Positions 11,674 to 23,000 of a stretch of DNA of 64,000 nt are shown here, piece after piece (position 1 is the first letter of the stretch; every line of letters starts with the position of its first letter). The DNA is from Styela clava. Its lineage: Eukaryota. A model generated the notes under the pieces. It was given only the letters and a program-made list of their open reading frames with translations, was not told the DNA's origin and did not search any database. A program made the position numbers and the translations under genes. The stretch is from the NCBI RefSeq assembly GCF_964204865.1, contig NC_135258.1, positions 10,850,001 through 10,914,000 of the forward strand. Reading direction: 5' to 3'.

Positions 11674-14600
11674 TCAAGTGTTTGAGTTGGAAGCAGGTAA
11701 CTGCCAAGGTTCATCATCATCAGATGATGAATCGTCGTTTTCATTTTGAATTTTCTGGAAAATATTTGAATTCCACAGTGAAAGAAAGAAATGAAATCTA
11801 GCTGATACAGATCACATTAAATACCCTTTTTCAGAAAAAAGACTATACCAGGTGTTAGCATTCCTAACTAGGCTAACTACTGTACAATAAACTTAGGTAG
11901 TAATATTGAATAATGCTGCATGAGACATTCACAAATTCATTCTGTTATATTCCTGGCCAAAACACCCATAATTTGTAAAACAAATGTGAACTGCTTGTCT
12001 GAGAAATTCTGGGTTCAGTCATAAAAACATTACAGCATAAAATTTGTTAAAAGTTTAATTTAACCTTTGAACCACAAAGCTATAGCTGCTTTGATTTTTA
12101 TCACAGTATCCTTGCCACTAGTGCAATATGGGTGCACCTACACAAAGGCATAGAGCAGAAACGGTACTCCTGAAGTATGCGCATCAAGATGTCGCACAAC
12201 CTGAACCCTAAACTGGTACACAACCGGAGTTCAGGTTGTGCGCCATCTTGGTGGGCATACTTCAGGAAGTCCGCAGAAACAGTAGTTAGGAACACACCAC
12301 CACATTCAATCACTGCTGAGTAAATTCAAAATTAGTTTACCATTCTTAAAAAATCAACTAGTTTTGTTGCGTCTTCACCGCGACTTAAATCTAGGAAATC
12401 TTGTGGCATTCTATAACTCAGCGTTTCACTTGGTTGCATTGTTGCATCTCTCTTAGCAAATCTGAACATTCCAATGGGTTCACCATCTAAAAATAAAACA
12501 ATGTTTTTTCTGACTAAACTGTTCGATTTTATTTATGTGCACATGACCTTGTATCCAGCAAATTCTTATGAAAAATACAATAATATACCTGGTGTAATAA
12601 TGGGACAATCTTCTTCAGTTAATTGTGATTGCACAAAAGAGTTCAATTCTTCCCATGTAAACAGTAATGAATCTGTCATTGAACCCCAAGGATTAAAATC
12701 AATTATCCAGAATTTTCCCTGAAACAAGAAAAATGTTGTTTGTAGGTCATTAAGTGAGCACATTCGACAGTTTACTATGAAACAATAAAATGGGTCTGGT
12801 TCATTACTGAGAAAATAACAGCAAAACATAGAAAGCAATTGCAAACACAACTAGAGTTAGTAAATGAATGAATTTAACCTAAATTCTTAATCAACCTAAG
12901 TCTAGTCATCAAGGTAAAAAGCATAAGCTATATGTCCGCCATCTTGGTTCACATACTTCGGGAATACCATATTTCCTATATTACATCATGATCATCTAAT
13001 TTACCAATTCAGAAATCCGAAACTGAAAAATATATTTTCTAAGAACAATGATCTAGTTAAATCTATTAATACTCACATCTCTCTTCTTGTAGATGTCAAC
13101 AACATCTAAAAAAAATTGGGTTATTCAGTACTTTTGAATCATTAAAATAACACAGGTACTAGAGAGAATAGTAATGTAAAATTTTGCCAATGGTTATGGC
13201 ATATTGGCATTCTCTAATCCTTCATGAGATTCAGATTTGTAGCACTCACACAAAGTGATCATTGGTTTAATAATGATTGTCAAGTCTGTAACATAATAAA
13301 TCATTTTTAGACACTTTATATTTCATTCAATCATTTTCTTTTACAAGATACTCACAATTAGAATTATTAAATTTATGTTGAATTTTTTCTTGAAAAAATC
13401 TGCAAATTTCTACAGGTAAAGACTGTTGTTGGCTTTCAACATATTCATAATATTGTTGATGATGTCTCTGACACGCAGCAATGAGTTTGTGGTTTCGTAC
13501 AAAACATCTGAATTCCATTCCAGGTACTAAGTTTGCCCATTTCCTCAAAACCAACTGAAAATATTTAATAAATCTGATAAGAAAAAAGATACGGTTTTAT
13601 TTTGGATCACATTTTCATAAATTTTATTTTGTATTGTTCCATCTGACCAAAGGCAGACTTCCTCAGACAAACAGTTTACAATAATGATAAAAAAAAAAGA
13701 ACAATTATAGGATGCATTATACATGCATGATATTTATGACAATATTTGCTGATATCAATATTCCGATGCTTGGAAATTGCTGATTTGATGCTGATGCTGA
13801 AATTGTTAATCTAATTTAATAATCAGATTATTAAAATTTGACATCCTTGCAGTGGGAACATGATTTATGTCAATATCATGTAATATAAATCTCAATAAAA
13901 TATTCTAATTTAAATTGAATAAAATTCCAGAAAACATACAATTCGGGTGTGAACATCCCTTCTGGCGGAAAGAACGACATATATATAATTTTGAACAAAT
14001 TATAAAAGATTAAAATCTTACTTCTTTCTGGAATTGTGGATCTGGTATTGAATCATCAGTACATAGTTTAAATGGAGATGTCAAATCGTAAGTGATGAAG
14101 TCGGAACTTTTCATAAGTAAAATGATGTCACCTGATAAAACAATAAATATAGAAAAGAATTCAATTTCACGAAGCAGTATTTTGAACTCTAATTTCTGAT
14201 ATTTGGACACACTTTAAAAAATATATTGCTGTACGAAGATTGTTTATAATTATTAAACAAATGAGCAAGGTGATTCGAGTGCATCATAGGAATAAATCGA
14301 ACAGATTCTAATTGATAGTTCCTCTTTGATGTAATAATATTTGTGTCGGCATGATACGCAATCAGTGAAAAGTTTGAAAATATTTTCAACAACAATTAAC
14401 ATTAACTGCCCAAGTTTTGGCATCAGGCATTCTGTAACAAGCAGAAGCAAAAATGCTAGTAGTAAGCCTCATCTATGTTGGCAATAATGGCTAAGGGTCA
14501 ATCAGGACCATTGTCCTCAGACAGAATGTAACAAGGAAGTAGCCAAACCTAGTTTCAAGTTTTTCCAGACATAGTGGTGTATTCAATAACAACCCTATTT

Positions 14601-16695
14601 CATGAAAAGGGTATAAAAACATAAAGTCACCTGGAGTGTTACACTTCAAACTATTATTCGATGTTATCCAAATAGCATCTTTGGGTGAACTCCAATTCAA
14701 TTTTGGAAATGATTTCCAATTTAATTTCTCTAAAACTTCTTTGATTTGTTCCAGAAGAGCAGTGAATTGAGGTGCCTGTAAACAACAATTGTCTTCTTCA
14801 ATTGCTTCTCCATAAGTATATAAACCACAATCCAATATTTCCAAGCAAAAATATTGCAATCCCAGTACTGGTATATTTTGAAATAGGTATATAATATATA
14901 CATATACCAGAATTTTTTTGTAATAAATCTTCTGAATTAGTAAGTTAGGATAATTATGAATCCATTTTTTCAAATTATGACTGAATTTGGCGTCCCTACA
15001 AAGGCAAGAATATCACAGATTCGAAATCTTAGAAAATCTTCAAACCTCATTTTCATTTTGTGTTTCGTCTTCATCTGACCAATTTTCATTATCATCGAAA
15101 TTACTTTGTATACTTAAATCAGCACCTTTTGGTAATATCAATGGACCATCTTTTTGCAAATATTCAACAAAATCATCCGGCAATGGTATAATAAAGCTAA
15201 AAAACAAAAATCCACAAATGACAGCCATCGATTATTAAACACATTTGAAGTGAACAATTACAGTTCTTCAACATATTCAGTATTAAGAGTTCAATAGCCT
15301 GAAAATTATGAATTTCAATCTAATAGTTAAATTATATTAGGAAATTTAGTGTTATTTACTGATATATGTCAAAAACTAATTTACATTGCATCTAGTATAA
15401 ATCAAATTCACTATATAATTTAAAAGAATCCTCGAAAAATAAATCAAAGAACTGTTGAATTCAAATTAATACGAGAGATTAAAAAGCGATAAATGTAAGC
15501 AAAAAATAGATGAATATTTGTTAAATCGAAATAAAAAGATCATATGTTTTCCTCTGTTGCTGGGCCACAAACTCCGTCAGAAAATTCAGTGCCATCTTCA
15601 GATGGCCACCACATTGGAATATGACATCGAAATTTTAGCTGACCATCTTTTGAAGAAAGTGTCTCTCCTGAGTAGTTCAGTCTCACTAATGCAAGACCTA
15701 CTTTACCATCAGAATGCATTGATCGAAACTTTCCTGCACTTTTTCTCTTCTCTGTGTATATTGAAGACCCAGATTCAATAGATCCTTCTCCTTCTATGCT
15801 CACAGGAACAAGTCGTTTTCTAATGACACCGGTGAATTTGGTACGAGCTGTGAGCTCTTGACCAATATAACATCCTTTATGAAAGCTGACACCATTCATA
15901 AAATCAAGATTGCATTCCAAGGGCAGACAAGTTCCAGGTGGCAAATCTAACGGACCCTCTGGAACACCAATGTAATGTCTTTTATGATGATATGCATTAA
16001 TATCCATGTTAATTAATGCAGAGTCACTTTCTGACATATTTTCAACCACCAGTCTATGCCCGAGCATTGGGACCCTCGGGTCAATGGCAGAAGTGACTAC
16101 ATTGCTGAACTGTGGAGAAATATGAAAAGAATTTCCAGACATTGCCTGCACCACCGATAGATTATCTCTGGGTGTAATACTCAGTTTTTTTCTCAGTTTA
16201 TATAATTTTAAAATTTTAATGATACTTTCGGAATTTGACGACTCACATTCAAGAAGGACTTTGTTTTCTGTGTCGTGTTGTTGATGATATAACATAATAT
16301 CATGCATAATGCGTCCATGTTGGTTTAAAATCATTGCATACATGCATTTCATTTCAGGGAGAAGTTCAACGTCATTGGTTATAATCCCTTGTAAAAAATT
16401 GGTAACATCCCGTCCTTCGAGTTCAAGTAAACTCCGATGTTTCAAATGAGCATATCTGACATTATCCTGATCCTTGTCAACAATATGCATATGCCTTGCA
16501 CTAGACAGCATTTTTGATTTCGAACAGAACCGCGGAAAGATACGTCGTAATAGTGTAACTCTTGACATAGCCAAAGACATTTTAAATAAAATAAGATTTC
16601 ATCAACTCCTACCTTTTTATTGTGATGTCTGAAAATTGTGAATACCATTTTGAGAACATGCAATTCATCACATGTTCTTTTGTTAATGTTGTCAT
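11674..16695 (-). CDS. CDC123: Cell division cycle protein 123 (eIF2 assembly ATP-grasp protein), 9 exons, 357 aa
   Basis: Exons 16695-16613 (MTTLTKEHVMNCMFSKWYSQFSDITIK, missed by the ORF track), 15196-15046, 14775-14631, 14131-14022, 13554-13356, 13105-13077, 12718-12589, 12486-12341, 11754-11674. All GT-AG and in phase. Family motifs FPKLNWSSPKDA, KSSDFI, LVLRKW..L.PGMEFRCFV, IDFNPWG..TDSLLFTWEEL. Confidence 0.95.
12163..12272. mobile_element. GG-terminal hairpin MITE (family A, short form)
   Basis: GGTACTCCTGAAGTATG...CATACTTCAGGAAGTCC, nearly palindromic. Perfect TSD gcagaaac (12155-12162, 12273-12280). Same subfamily as 54531-54643. Confidence 0.85.
12932..12968. mobile_element. Solo terminal arm of MITE family A
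   Basis: ATGTCCGCCATCTTGGTTCACATACTTCGGGAATACC is near-identical to the right TIR of 22562-22796. Confidence 0.7.
15540..16580 (-). CDS. IBA57: Mitochondrial Fe-S cluster assembly factor IBA57 (CAF17/YgfZ family), intronless, nested in CDC123 intron 1
   Basis: 346-aa single-exon ORF. Arg-rich mitochondrial-presequence-like N-terminus, R..L.LEG.D...FLQGIITND, DPR, GVSFHKGCYIGQELTART family signature. Confidence 0.95.
   Translation of the reverse strand: MSLAMSRVTLLRRIFPRFCSKSKMLSSARHMHIVDKDQDNVRYAHLKHRSLLELEGRDVTNFLQGIITNDVELLPEMKCMYAMILNQHGRIMHDIMLYHQQHDTENKVLLECESSNSESIIKILKLYKLRKKLSITPRDNLSVVQAMSGNSFHISPQFSNVVTSAIDPRVPMLGHRLVVENMSESDSALINMDINAYHHKRHYIGVPEGPLDLPPGTCLPLECNLDFMNGVSFHKGCYIGQELTARTKFTGVIRKRLVPVSIEGEGSIESGSSIYTEKRKSAGKFRSMHSDGKVGLALVRLNYSGETLSSKDGQLKFRCHIPMWWPSEDGTEFSDGVCGPATEENI
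16581..16635 (-). promoter_or_regulatory. Candidate IBA57 leader: exonic acceptor TTTTCAG|(16628), CDC123 donor (16612) and 6-codon uORF (16602-16582)
   Basis: Minus strand reads caattttcAG|acatcacaataaaaag|GTaggagttg ATGaaatcttattttattTAA a ATG(IBA57). The motifs are seen; the function is inferred. Confidence 0.45.
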
Positions 16696-17606
16696 ATTGT
16701 AGTATTGTTGAGTTTCAAATTTTGAGGAAGTTTAAGTATACCTTAATACCAGTCAATCAATAATTTTTCTAAAAAAAGTTTTGTAATCTCATGTTTATAT
16801 TGACTTCAACAATCCATATTTAAAAAAAAAGATATGACTTTATTGGCAAAACTAATATATAATAAAATACAGAATATGAAAGTTCTTCATGACCACTAAC
16901 AGACTACTAGAATTGCATGAACAAGAGGACAAGAGTAAAACTGTAAAATGAGACAGGCATGGTGAAAATAGATACCTGGATCTAAAGAAGCGAGTGCCTT
17001 GACGATTACGCCCCTATCCAGTTATCTGTAAATATAGTAAAGATAGTTGGGCACAATATGTCTATCTCTCAGTCCTCCATGCAGACGCAGTGATGTAAGA
17101 AAGCAATCTGGTATTTTTGTATTTCATTATTTGTCAAACAAGTATTACTGTATTAACATTCTTGAATATCTGTCTGAGCGAAACAAGTGTCTGAGTGGCC
17201 TCACTAACTTTACAGCTTTAATTGTTACGTCAATCTGTCAATATTAACTCATTGCCGATAGGCCATTAGGTATTACTGCATTACGGAAAGAAACATGGAA
17301 ATTGATGCTCGTGGAAACATCCATAGCTTCCTTCACCATCAGATCCTAATTCAGTACGGTACCGGTAGGCTACCGTATTTTCACGCTCCTGGCAATGCAA
17401 ACAAAAACTCAGTCAAAAGGAAAAATTTGTCTCAATTATTGAGTTTATATCTGAGTTATGCAAGTAAAATAAAAAATTAACATAAGCTGCGGCAGACGGG
17501 TCCAAGGACACTTGCAACAACATCGTGATCTTTAAATTTTGTGTCTTACCCGACATCTCTTTCAATTCCAAATATAGGCCATCCATACAAAGGTACATAT
17601 GGTCTT

Positions 17607-17910
17607 TGGTGCGCACGATGCTAAGCGTTACGGTATCATAGCGCCTGTGATAATCATACACGGCTCGCAGCTGGACTCTTCGCAGTCTGTAGTGGTGGTA
17701 GCAAAATAGTCAAATTAGGGATGGCCGAATACGGTCACTGGGCGTCAAATTGGAGATGGAAACTGCTCGGTAACACCTACATGAAGTCTATACACCTGAA
17801 ACAAATACATGACCAACTTGAGCCACCGTGTGAGAACTGAGAAGATGGTGGTTCTACTCTACACCAAATGCTTATTGTCTGCTACACGGAGATAAATATG
17901 GGAACCTATC
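17607..17910 (+). repeat. Diverged SINE-like repeat
   Basis: GC-richer block whose 3' part matches the reverse complement of 11050-11196 and ends ...gataaatatgggaacctatcc. Confidence 0.45.
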
Positions 17911-18594
17911 CATTTAGTTATGGATCGAATCTTATATTCTTAATCGGAAAAAAACACGTCTGCTTCAGTGAGTCATTATTACATAGTGTTGAGCATTGCG
18001 AATGCAGAATATATCAGGACTGATGCGATTACTGGTACTTGATTTTATGGAAATCATGTGCGAAAACACGGATTCGTTTTTTCCGAAAGCAATGTATGCG
18101 AGAAAAGAACTTCAAAGTAGCGTTTAGTTCTCGTATACCCCCAAAACATTCCGGGACTCTCGTTGGTTCATATTCCACCGAAAAAGAACATCTGTAATAA
18201 GACTAATTATGAGAAATGAAAGATCAATTTCATTGTTATGTCATAAACGTTTTAATGGCATTGCTGCTAACTACATACAGGTATATTACAGTAGTTGACT
18301 TGTCGGCCGGTTATTATCAGTTTTCATTATGGAAATGTTGGTAAGTTTTGTTTTCATTAATTCGTGATTTGGTGACTCACCGAAAAAGCATGCTTCAATT
18401 GCAGTGAGCGTAAGTGGATGTAAATTCGTATTTCTTACTTATGACTAACTGCTTGCATCATTTTGTCATTTCCACCCCTTCTCAAAATGCCCGTTGGACC
18501 TTTTTATTCGGGAAGCACCTCGGCGAGAAAATTATTACGCAACAAACCCTTTGAGAAACCAAGCACCGCCCTGGCAAGTTTGCTCATCGTCAAA

Positions 18595-18965
18595 CATTTA
18601 TCACGTGCCCACGCTCATCCACGTTTGTCTGGTAATTTATTCTCTCCTACAAACGAGAGAAGAGAAAAAATGAAAGATAATGGGACTACTGGAGCATGAC
18701 AGGTGACGTCACCATACAGAGTTATTTTTGCTGGAGATGGTTGGGCGAAGGAAGTCGTTGCCCGCGTTCAATGCTTTGTTCATTGCAGTTAGAGCGGAAT
18801 TTCGGTCATTTGCGTAATGTTGTTAATGAATCTATATGTTAGATGTGAATGCCATGAATTTTGACAGATCGACTTGGTATACCTTACCCTGCAAGCCAGT
18901 TACTACTCCAGTACTCAGCTCAAAAATAGGCAAATCCAGCTGCAGAAGCGTGGTGACGTTGCTGT
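18595..18965. promoter_or_regulatory. Candidate cis-regulatory module between divergent CDC123/IBA57 and USP44/49
   Basis: CpG-richer patch with E-box CACGTG (18602-18607), perfect CRE palindrome GGTGACGTCACC (18702-18713) and a TGACGT half-site near 18954. Confidence 0.35.
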
Positions 18966-20095
18966 GATATCCTAGTATCCTGGTATTTAGATGTCATAAG
19001 TTGATACCCATGGTTCGTTTCGTGCTTGTAAAAATGCTGTAATCTTTATTGTTAAGTATAGTTTTTTTCAAATTAATATGGGTAGCCTATGTACCTGATT
19101 TAAAACTTACAAGTGCAATTAATTTCAGCAATACCCAAATCTGTAAATGCAGCCAGGTGTCAAAACATGCCATTTTTGAAGGTTCTATGGTACTAACCTA
19201 GTAATGAAATAGCCTAGCCTACTAACTGCTTAAAAATAAACAGAAGAACATTATTCTAAAACAGATAGCATCTTGTAGTTCAGTAGTTTGTTAGTCTTGT
19301 GTTATTGTATTGATAAGTTCTTCTTTGACCGCTTGAGGAATCAGATGTTGTTGGTTCTGTGGTTTGGGAAGTGGACAGCAGGATTTCCGTATTTGCCAAA
19401 CATATTGTTCACATACGGCCATTTATATAAAATTGATGTTCTACATAAATTATAGAGTAATTTACATTACACAATCAGCACGGCTGTTGAAAAACTAAAC
19501 TAAGATTTTCACATTGTTACGATAGATGTAAAACGAATTAGTTATAGAGGCATTTACTACTAAAATACGGCACACTAAACAGATCGAGAGACATTGTCTC
19601 GTTCCAAAGAATCCCATTTTGCGGATGAACAAACACTTCTCCTTTCGAGGACGTCTGGACATTGTTGTCCCTCAATATACGTTAAAATGAAATTGGGCAA
19701 AAAACTACAGAGAAGCGCAATCTAAAAACGTCATTGTTGAATTCCTCTGGAAAAAATAATAAGGAATCAGAAGGAAAAACTTTCTACCGTGGCATTCGAG
19801 AGTTTTTAGCAAAAACAGCAATTTTGATCATGCGACGGCCACGATTAATTTACATTATTATCGGGGCACACATGACGCCATATGGCACCTCTATCATTGT
19901 GTTAGACGGCCCTCGTTTGTGAGACAGATGGAGTGTTTGTTTTATTGAACCAAATGACGGGACATTCTTGGAATTCGGAAAGTGTGCTGTACTGTATTAT
20001 TTTTATACTATGTTGAATGTTTTACTTCATTTTTTATATTGTGCAGCTGTTGAAACTTCTGACTAACTTAGTTGACGTCAAAACACAGATCTGTA

Positions 20096-23000
20096 ATGAA
20101 AAACAACGCTAGCAGTGTTCGTATGCCATCACCACGTCAAAATGCCGATAAATCTTCCCCAAAACGAGGATCTAAATCTGATAATCAGAATTTGAAGTTG
20201 CAAGGTGGTTGCAAAGGTGCCAAGCCGTGCACAAAGGTACCTATAATTCCATGTATATTAATTCTATAATAATAACACGAACATATCTATAATTATTGAA
20301 ATTTATTTAGGGTGGAGATACAATTGTTAAACAAGAAGAAAATTATCTGGCGAGATGTACAAATTTTCGGTTGACAACTGGTTATGAATTGAGCATTTGT
20401 AATTGTAAGCATATTCGAAAGATTCGAATTGGAGAACGACATTCGATTGTGAATCCTCAGCGATGGTTATGTGAAACATGCTTCACAACAGAATCTGTAT
20501 GGGCGTGTCTAAGTTGCCCGAATGTAGCATGCGGCAGGTACGTATCTGAAGCCTACACTCTGTATGTTTTACTGTGATATGTTGTTATTTTTCGATATCC
20601 CTGTTGCGTCAATTAGTTTCAATAACACAAATTTTACTTCTGCAAATTCACAAGCTCACTCGCACATGATAGAAACTCACTCAAGAGTAGAGAGATATAT
20701 TTCCTGTTTTGTGTCTTTGTACTCAGCACATTAATAAGGTCTTGTATCATCAATGTTTTTAGTCAATCCTATATACTTTTGAATAAATTATTAACTTATT
20801 GCTTTCGGACATAGATGGACCAGATATTAGCATTCCTAAATGATCAATCAACTGCATGAAAGCTCTAATTTTTTTTGCCATTTGAATTTATATACATTCA
20901 TCATTTGTATATATTTATTTCATTAATTTGGTAAGTGAGATAAAATTTCTATTTGATAAAGGAATGTATTTCAAAATGATTGTATGTGAATGTGTTCATA
21001 CAACTGGGTTCGAAATCAACAAATTTACAAATGTCAGACAATTGTATTTGTTCGATAATTCATCTGCTCGCGTCAGGAAATTATATCTGTCTTTGGAGCC
21101 CTCTTTTTCACTCATAATATGACATCAGAATTTTCCGTTAGTTTTGGCCAGTTGTGACTAAGCTTTAAGAAAGTTCTCCAATACTGTAATTGCTAAGCTG
21201 GCTATTACCAAATATTAGTTTGTTATACTAAATCAAGTTTGGGCCAGACATAAGATATCAAATCATGAAAATATAAGGATGAACTTTCACCTGGTATTAA
21301 ATTGGTTATAAAACAAAAGGTCAATTTGTCCTATATTAAACGAGTGGTTATGCTCTAAAACAGTGGTTCTCAAGATTTTTGAGCCGAGCCCCCTTTTTAG
21401 AAAATCCCAAGTCTCATGCCCCACCTCAAAAATAACTAGCTAACAATAAGCTACGAATAACAGATAGTAAGGCGAAAGTATGTTTTATTTATAAAGCATG
21501 TTGGAAATACGTGTATACGTGTACGTGTATACATAATAAAGAAATGTTTGAGCACTACTGTCTAAAAAAAGGCTTTCTCAAACTTATTTAGTTCCATATA
21601 ATATTAAATAGGCATATTGTTTTTTTATTCGACCTATTTATACACCTCTCTGGGCAAGGCTCTGTATAAGCATCCGATAGGTAAGAACCTATGATATTTT
21701 GGAAGGACCAGATTCCTTGCAATTCGTCATTGCCTATCCAATTTATTACAGTCTGAGTAAGGTGTCATACATAGGATTTGAACCCAAGATTTTTAATCAG
21801 TAATATTACTTCAGCATCTTTACCACTTGGCCATTGCGCCTATTGTATTTGTAACAAATAAACAAGAATACGTGGTACTGAATATATGTAATGTAAAAAA
21901 TTTTGTTTTGCAGGTTTATAAAAGAACACGCCCTAACACATTTTCAAGAATCTGGTCATCCACTGGTTATCGATGTCAATGAACTGTATGTTTTCTGTTA
22001 TAAATGTGATGATTATGTGCTTAATGATAATAATTCCAGTGACATCAAAGTCCTCAGAGAAACTCTTTTGGTAAGAAATTGGAAGGAGTAATGTCGTTAA
22101 GATAAATTTTAATTTAATGCTCTACCGGAAGATATTATATGAATTAATAAAATCAGAACGCAATTTCATATATGTACTATAGATAGAACGGATTCGTGAT
22201 TGAATCTTTGTTGGAAATTTGTTTTAGTAAAATCTGCTAAACAAATTTTGTGATTTTGCCAGAGAAGAAGTAGAAAATTTTTTTATAGTATTGCAATTTG
22301 CAGACATGTTAAGTTTTTTTCCTTACGTTTCCAGATGTCAAACTAATTTTAATTTCACCTCATTTATTATTTTTGATTTGATGTGTTATGTAGTAAAATC
22401 ATGAGACATGTCAGAATGTATTATATAAAATAATCTGAACAAGGCTTTCTATAAGCAACTCTGAAATGAAGGATAACTACTATGTTTCTGGTTTGGCATT
22501 ACCTTACCAACTTATTACACCTTGGGGGAGGTGATTGCCATGGAATCTAAACTCAAGATTTGGGGCTCCCGAAGTATGCGAACCAAGATGGCGGACATCG
22601 GAATGTAATATGTGTACTAGGTTAGGGTTAGGCCATAATTTTATGTATAAATACTACGGGAGGCTCTTGACTAGTCTTCGAACTGATAATAGGACTAAAA
22701 TAAGGAAAATTGGAAAAAATTATCGCCTAACCCTAACCTGTTGCCCATGTTACGTTCCGATGTCCGCCATCTTGGTTCGCATACTTCGGGAGCACCCAAG
22801 ATTTTTATCTGCAATGCCAACATATTTCAGTCCAACCATCGCTTTGATACATAGACTTTTGAACCCACAAAACCCACCCGACCTGATTATATAATTTTAT
22901 ATGACAATGGCAAGTATTTGGCAGCAACTTTTCAGATAACTCTCTATAAAACGACATATAAACTTCACGATTATCAATATAATAAATTCAATTTAGATCG

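Noticed and set aside
16442-16663. 73-aa ORF spanning CDC123 exon 1 and the IBA57 start
   Set aside because: Out of frame with both genes and has no motifs. It matters only as an upstream ATG.
17413-17661. 82-aa ORF with a superficial beta-trefoil (FGF/IL-1-like) pattern VTLSIV...MYLCMDG...LKEM
   Set aside because: Much of it is the antisense of a SINE-like repeat, it has a non-ATG start, and I found no supporting exons. HHpred would settle it.
22620-22740. Interstitial telomere remnant
   Set aside because: The TTAGGG units are only about two repeats long and lie inside MITE TIRs bounded by a TSD.
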